Source of the DNA: a bacterium
GTDB lineage: Bacteria > UBA8248
NCBI GenBank assembly: GCA_965203325.1
Contig: OZ241875.1
Coordinates: forward strand, 2,560,001-2,624,000
Direction of reading: 5' to 3'
Length of the DNA: 64,000 nt
The position numbers were made by a program, and so were the translations under genes. The notes beneath the pieces are model-generated. The model had not been told where the DNA came from. It saw nothing but the letters and a program-made list of their open reading frames with translations, and made no database searches. Positions 60,193 through 64,000 of the stretch are shown here, piece by piece. How positions within the stretch are numbered: the stretch's first letter is position 1; each line of letters opens with the position of its first letter.

Positions 60193-62442
60193 ATGAAGCT
60201 CGGCACCGTTCCCTTCCTGAACGCCAGACCCCTCACGATTGCGCTGGAGGGAAACCCGGCGGTCGAACTCATCGTCGAACCCCCCTCGAAGCTGGCGGAA
60301 ATGCTGGCGCGCGGAGAACTCGACGGCGCGCTCGTCTCCTCGTTCGCCCTTTTCGGGATGCGCGGCGCGCGCTTCGCACCCGGCGTCGGCATCGCGAGCA
60401 AAGGCCCGGTGGAGAGCATCCGGCTCTATTGCCGGAAGCCTGCGGATTCGCTGCGCCGCGTGGGGCTGGACAGCTGGTCGCTCGCCGCGACGAACATGGC
60501 CCGCGTCTATCTCAAACACCGCTGGGGGGCGGAGCCCGAGTTCGTCCCCATCGACCCGACGCGCCCGCCGCGTGCGGACGAGTCGCTCGACGCCTTCTTG
60601 CTCATCGGCGACAACGCGCTCAGGGAGCCGCCGGGCGATCACTACGTGCTCGACCTGGGCGAGGAGTGGCAGAATTTCACCGGGCTTCCCTTCGTCTACG
60701 CGCTCTGGGTGTTCCGGCAGGGAGTTGGGAATTCCGAGGCCGCCGCGCTTCTGCAAAGCGCGAAAAAAGAGGGTGTGGGCCGGATAGAGGAGATCGTGAA
60801 CGGGGCGCTCCCGCCCGGCGTCGACAGGAACACGGCGTGGTGTTATCTCACCGAGTGCATCCGCTACGACGTGGGCGATGAGGAACTGGGAGGCCTGGGG
60901 CGTTATTATGAGCTTCTCGTCGAGGACGGCCTGGCGCCCGAAGGCTGGGAGCCCCGCCTCATCGATGAGCCGGGCGCCCGCGTGGAGGTAGTGGAAGAGA
61001 ACGCCTCAAAGGAGGACGACATGAGCGACGACCTTTGCTTCGCAAGCATACACGACCTCTCGGGGATGATCCGCAAGAAGGAAATCTCGCCCGTCGAGGT
61101 GGCGGAAGCGCACCTGCGCCGCATCGAGGCGCTGAACCCGAAGCTCTTCGCCTACCAGACGGTCACGGCGGAACTCGCCGTGGAAGCGGCGCGCGCCGCC
61201 GAGGCCGAGATCATGAGCGGCCGGTGGCGCGGCCCCATGCACGGGATTCCCTACGGGGCGAAGGACATCGTCGAGACGGCGGGCGTGCTCACCACGCACG
61301 GCTCTTCCTTTCACCGCGACAACGTGCCGCGTGCGGACGCGGAGATCATCAGGCGCTTGAAGGACGCGGGCGCCGTGATGCTCGGCAAGACGGTTACGCA
61401 CGAGTTCGCGGCCGCTGCGGTGAGCATCAACCCCCACTACGGCACGGTGCGGAACCCCTGGGATACGGAGCGCATCGTGGGCGGGTCGAGCGGCGGCTCG
61501 GGCGCGGCCTGCGCGGCGGGCCTGGCGCCTTGCGCCATCGGCACGGACACGGGCGGCTCCATCCGCAACCCCGCCTCCCTGTGCGGGGGCGTGGGCTTGA
61601 AGGCCACCCACGGCCGGGTGAGCATTCGGGGCATCTGCCCCAACGCCCTGAGCCTCGACCACGCGGGCCCCATGACGCGGGCGGCTCGTGATGCCGCGCT
61701 CATGCTTCAGGCGGTGGCGGGCTATGACGCGAAGGATTCCAAATCGCAGAACGTCCCCGTTCCCGACTACACCGCAGGCATAGAGGACGGCGTGCGCGGC
61801 AGCCGTATCCTCGTGTGTCCTGATTTTCACGGGGGCGTCGAGGTGGATTCCGAGATCACCGCGGCGTTCGAGGCGGCTGCCGAAGTGTTCCGCGCTTTGG
61901 GCGCCGAGGTGGAAGAAGTCTCCTTCGCGCACCATAAGAGGCTCATGGATTTCTTCCCGCTCATCTCGGGGCCGGAGTTCAGCGAGTTCCACAGGCCGTA
62001 TTTCGAGCAAAACCCGGCCGGCTACGGCGAGGACGTGCGCGAGCGCCTGGAGTGGTCGCTCGAGATCGCGCCTGATGATTACGTGCGTGCGCTCAGGGAA
62101 CGCGTTCTGGCCCAGCGCGAGGTCGCCGCGTTCTTTGAGGGCGCGGATGCCCTCATCCAGCCCGCCATGCCCTGCGTCGCCCCGCCGATTGCGACGCTCA
62201 CCGCCCGCATGAACGGGCGCGACGTATCTTACAAGAACATCCACAGGCCGTTTCTGGCGCCGCACAACGCCACGGGCTTCCCGGCGCTCGTCACGCCGAT
62301 GGGCCGGAACTCGGAAGGCATGCCGATGTCGCTCCAGATCGCGGGCGGCCCCTGGCGCGAGACCGACGTTCTGCGCGCCGCGCACGCGTATGAAGTGGCC
62401 ACGCCCGAACTCAGGAATGAGCGGCCGTCCGTGGGGGCGTGA
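60193..62442 (+). CDS. mqnA: Chorismate dehydratase MqnA in frame (no stop) with a downstream amidase
   Basis: LGTVPFLNARPL, GPVESI, LLIGDNAL, DLGEEW..FTGLPFVYALW; the frame continues into the amidase domain. Confidence 0.8.
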   Translation: MKLGTVPFLNARPLTIALEGNPAVELIVEPPSKLAEMLARGELDGALVSSFALFGMRGARFAPGVGIASKGPVESIRLYCRKPADSLRRVGLDSWSLAATNMARVYLKHRWGAEPEFVPIDPTRPPRADESLDAFLLIGDNALREPPGDHYVLDLGEEWQNFTGLPFVYALWVFRQGVGNSEAAALLQSAKKEGVGRIEEIVNGALPPGVDRNTAWCYLTECIRYDVGDEELGGLGRYYELLVEDGLAPEGWEPRLIDEPGARVEVVEENASKEDDMSDDLCFASIHDLSGMIRKKEISPVEVAEAHLRRIEALNPKLFAYQTVTAELAVEAARAAEAEIMSGRWRGPMHGIPYGAKDIVETAGVLTTHGSSFHRDNVPRADAEIIRRLKDAGAVMLGKTVTHEFAAAAVSINPHYGTVRNPWDTERIVGGSSGGSGAACAAGLAPCAIGTDTGGSIRNPASLCGGVGLKATHGRVSIRGICPNALSLDHAGPMTRAARDAALMLQAVAGYDAKDSKSQNVPVPDYTAGIEDGVRGSRILVCPDFHGGVEVDSEITAAFEAAAEVFRALGAEVEEVSFAHHKRLMDFFPLISGPEFSEFHRPYFEQNPAGYGEDVRERLEWSLEIAPDDYVRALRERVLAQREVAAFFEGADALIQPAMPCVAPPIATLTARMNGRDVSYKNIHRPFLAPHNATGFPALVTPMGRNSEGMPMSLQIAGGPWRETDVLRAAHAYEVATPELRNERPSVGA
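61021..62442 (+). CDS. Amidase-signature (GatA-like) protein, probably with its own start
   Basis: AAAGGAGG RBS before ATG 61021; KD, GGSSGGS, GTDTGGSIRNP. Confidence 0.85.
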   Translation: MSDDLCFASIHDLSGMIRKKEISPVEVAEAHLRRIEALNPKLFAYQTVTAELAVEAARAAEAEIMSGRWRGPMHGIPYGAKDIVETAGVLTTHGSSFHRDNVPRADAEIIRRLKDAGAVMLGKTVTHEFAAAAVSINPHYGTVRNPWDTERIVGGSSGGSGAACAAGLAPCAIGTDTGGSIRNPASLCGGVGLKATHGRVSIRGICPNALSLDHAGPMTRAARDAALMLQAVAGYDAKDSKSQNVPVPDYTAGIEDGVRGSRILVCPDFHGGVEVDSEITAAFEAAAEVFRALGAEVEEVSFAHHKRLMDFFPLISGPEFSEFHRPYFEQNPAGYGEDVRERLEWSLEIAPDDYVRALRERVLAQREVAAFFEGADALIQPAMPCVAPPIATLTARMNGRDVSYKNIHRPFLAPHNATGFPALVTPMGRNSEGMPMSLQIAGGPWRETDVLRAAHAYEVATPELRNERPSVGA

Positions 62443-62488
62443 AACATTGAAGCGTCTAAAGAACGACAGAGTCGATTATTAATGAGAC

Positions 62489-63304
62489 GTGGCGAAACAT
62501 AAGGAGAAAACCTTGCCGAAAGCGCATGTGAACGGAATCGACATCCACTACATCGAACGAGGCGAAGGAACGCCGCTCCTTGCGGTGCACGGGTTCCAGA
62601 ACTCGCACTTCAGCTTTACCCCTCTCTTCGACTGGCTGGCGGCGCGCTTCCATGTCTACGCGCTCGACTTGCGCGGCCACGGCGATTCGGACAAGCCGCG
62701 CGGCCCCTACACCATCCAGACCTTCGCGGACGACGTCGTGGGCTTTCTGGACGCGCTCGGCATCGAGCGAACCGATTATCTCGGACACAGCATGGGCGGA
62801 CGCACGGGCACCATGGTGGGGATACAGCATTCCGGGCGACTGAGCCGCCTCATGCTCTCCGCCTCGTCCGCAGGCCCGCCGTCCGGCGCGTACCGGCAAA
62901 TGTTCGAGGAGCACCTGAAAGTGGCCGAAGCAGAAGGCATGGAAGTGCTGCACGAATTCAAGCTGCGCCGCGACGAAGTCCCCGAAGGCCTGCGCGAAGG
63001 CCCCCTGGCCGAGGAATACAGGAAAAATTTCCTCAAGAACACGCCGCAGACGTTCGCCGATACCGCGCACGCGCTGTTCACGATGCCGGTGTTAAGGGAC
63101 GAGCTTCACAGAATCTCCGTCCCCACCTGGGTGTGCCACGGGGAGAACGACGCCGGCCCCATCGATTTCAGCGAGGTGTACGCGAAGCACGTGCCCGATT
63201 GCACGACTTCGATCATCCCCGATGCGGGCCACAGCTCCTTCTGGGATCAGCCCGAGGCCTTCATCGCGCAGATGGAGAAATTCCTGGAGAACAACCCCCT
63301 CTGA
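62489..63304 (+). CDS. Alpha/beta hydrolase
   Basis: VHGF, DLRGHGDS, GHSMGG, HGEND, AGHSS; start may be TTG at ~62513. Confidence 0.9.
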   Translation: MAKHKEKTLPKAHVNGIDIHYIERGEGTPLLAVHGFQNSHFSFTPLFDWLAARFHVYALDLRGHGDSDKPRGPYTIQTFADDVVGFLDALGIERTDYLGHSMGGRTGTMVGIQHSGRLSRLMLSASSAGPPSGAYRQMFEEHLKVAEAEGMEVLHEFKLRRDEVPEGLREGPLAEEYRKNFLKNTPQTFADTAHALFTMPVLRDELHRISVPTWVCHGENDAGPIDFSEVYAKHVPDCTTSIIPDAGHSSFWDQPEAFIAQMEKFLENNPL

Positions 63305-63328
63305 GCCGCCAGCCTGGAGATTGGTTTG

Positions 63329-64000
63329 ATGACCACGGAAGCGCCTGCCGCCGCCTCGAAAATCGAACACTGGCGCAGACGCATGAGTCTCGTGACCGGC
63401 TGCGTCCTTTTCCTCTTTCTCATCACGCATCTTGCAAATCACGCCCTGGGTCTGGCCTCGCTCGCCGCGATGGACGCGGGCAGGTTCTGGTTTCTGGGGT
63501 TCTGGCGAAGCGTTCCGGGTTCGGTGCTCTTTTACAGTTCGCTCATCCTGCATACGGCGCTCGCGATGTACGGCCTGTTCAACCGCCGCAGCCTCCGGAT
63601 GCCGCTCTGGGAGGCGGCCCAGATCGTCCTGGGTCTTTCCATCCCCCTGTTCATGATCTCACACGTCGTCGGCACGCGCCTGGCCCATGAGTGGTTCGGC
63701 ACGATCGATACCTATGAGCGCCTGATGTACCTCTACTGGGAGCGCTCGCCGGACGTGGGCCTCAAGCAGTCGATTTTTCTGCTCATCGCCTGGACGCACG
63801 CCTGCGTGGGCCTCCATTACTGGCTGAGGCTCAAGCCCTGGTACTCGAAATGGTTTCCGGCTTGTCTGTCCGTCATGGTGCTGGTGGCGGCCCTCTCGCT
63901 GGCGGGCTTCAGCCAGGGCGGGCGCGAGGCGGCGAGGCTGTCGGCGGATGCGGAGTGGCGGCGCGGGATGCTCAGCCGCTCCGGTTTGCCGAACCGCGCC
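63329..64000 (+). CDS. N-terminal His-containing membrane domain of a CyaC-type adenylate/guanylate cyclase (3'-partial)
   Basis: TGCVLFLFLITHLANHALGL...LILH...SHVVGTR...AWTHACVGLHYWLR; open to the window end, cyclase domain not visible. Confidence 0.7.
   Translation, partial: MTTEAPAAASKIEHWRRRMSLVTGCVLFLFLITHLANHALGLASLAAMDAGRFWFLGFWRSVPGSVLFYSSLILHTALAMYGLFNRRSLRMPLWEAAQIVLGLSIPLFMISHVVGTRLAHEWFGTIDTYERLMYLYWERSPDVGLKQSIFLLIAWTHACVGLHYWLRLKPWYSKWFPACLSVMVLVAALSLAGFSQGGREAARLSADAEWRRGMLSRSGLPNRA

Noticed and set aside
14933..62385. Many long antisense or alternate-frame ORFs (e.g. 14933-16312, 21416-23047, 33272-35116, 52844-54457)
   Set aside because: They overlap well-supported genes and have Arg/Gly/Pro-rich or motif-free composition typical of high-GC shadow ORFs.
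1..64000. CRISPR array, tRNA or rRNA genes
   Set aside because: No regularly spaced repeat-spacer series, cas genes or recognisable tRNA/rRNA sequence seen by eye.

Overview
Bacterial window with two parts. Bases ~730-28400 look like a mosaic, partly decayed mobile island. It opens with an AT-richer defence-type cluster (DUF3696-type ABC/AAA ATPase + TOPRIM partner, a 1512-aa nuclease-STAND NTPase-HEAT protein, HEPN-type genes). A conjugative-element-like leading region follows (RHH gene, candidate oriT, DUF2493, DUF4326, ssb, long ssDNA hairpins), then two tandem paralogous TbpB-like surface lipoproteins and a divergent Cre-like tyrosine recombinase. The most striking signal lies between the lipoproteins and the recombinase: a ~185-bp segment carrying a sigma70 promoter, bounded by two inverted recombinase-type sites. 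It is a predicted invertible switch that points either at the recombinase or at the lipoprotein genes. Each lipoprotein gene is also followed by a conserved ~120-nt structured element. Bases ~28800-64000 are GC-rich housekeeping and catabolic DNA: Liv-type and Ssu/Tau-type ABC transporters, a TAXI-TRAP/hydantoinase operon, an intact IS256, a probable DsrE selenoprotein (in-frame TGA), an ATP-grasp/alpha-E/transglutaminase operon, mqnE, mqnA in frame with an amidase, and several REP/MITE composites. All calls come from motifs read by eye; no database searches were run.
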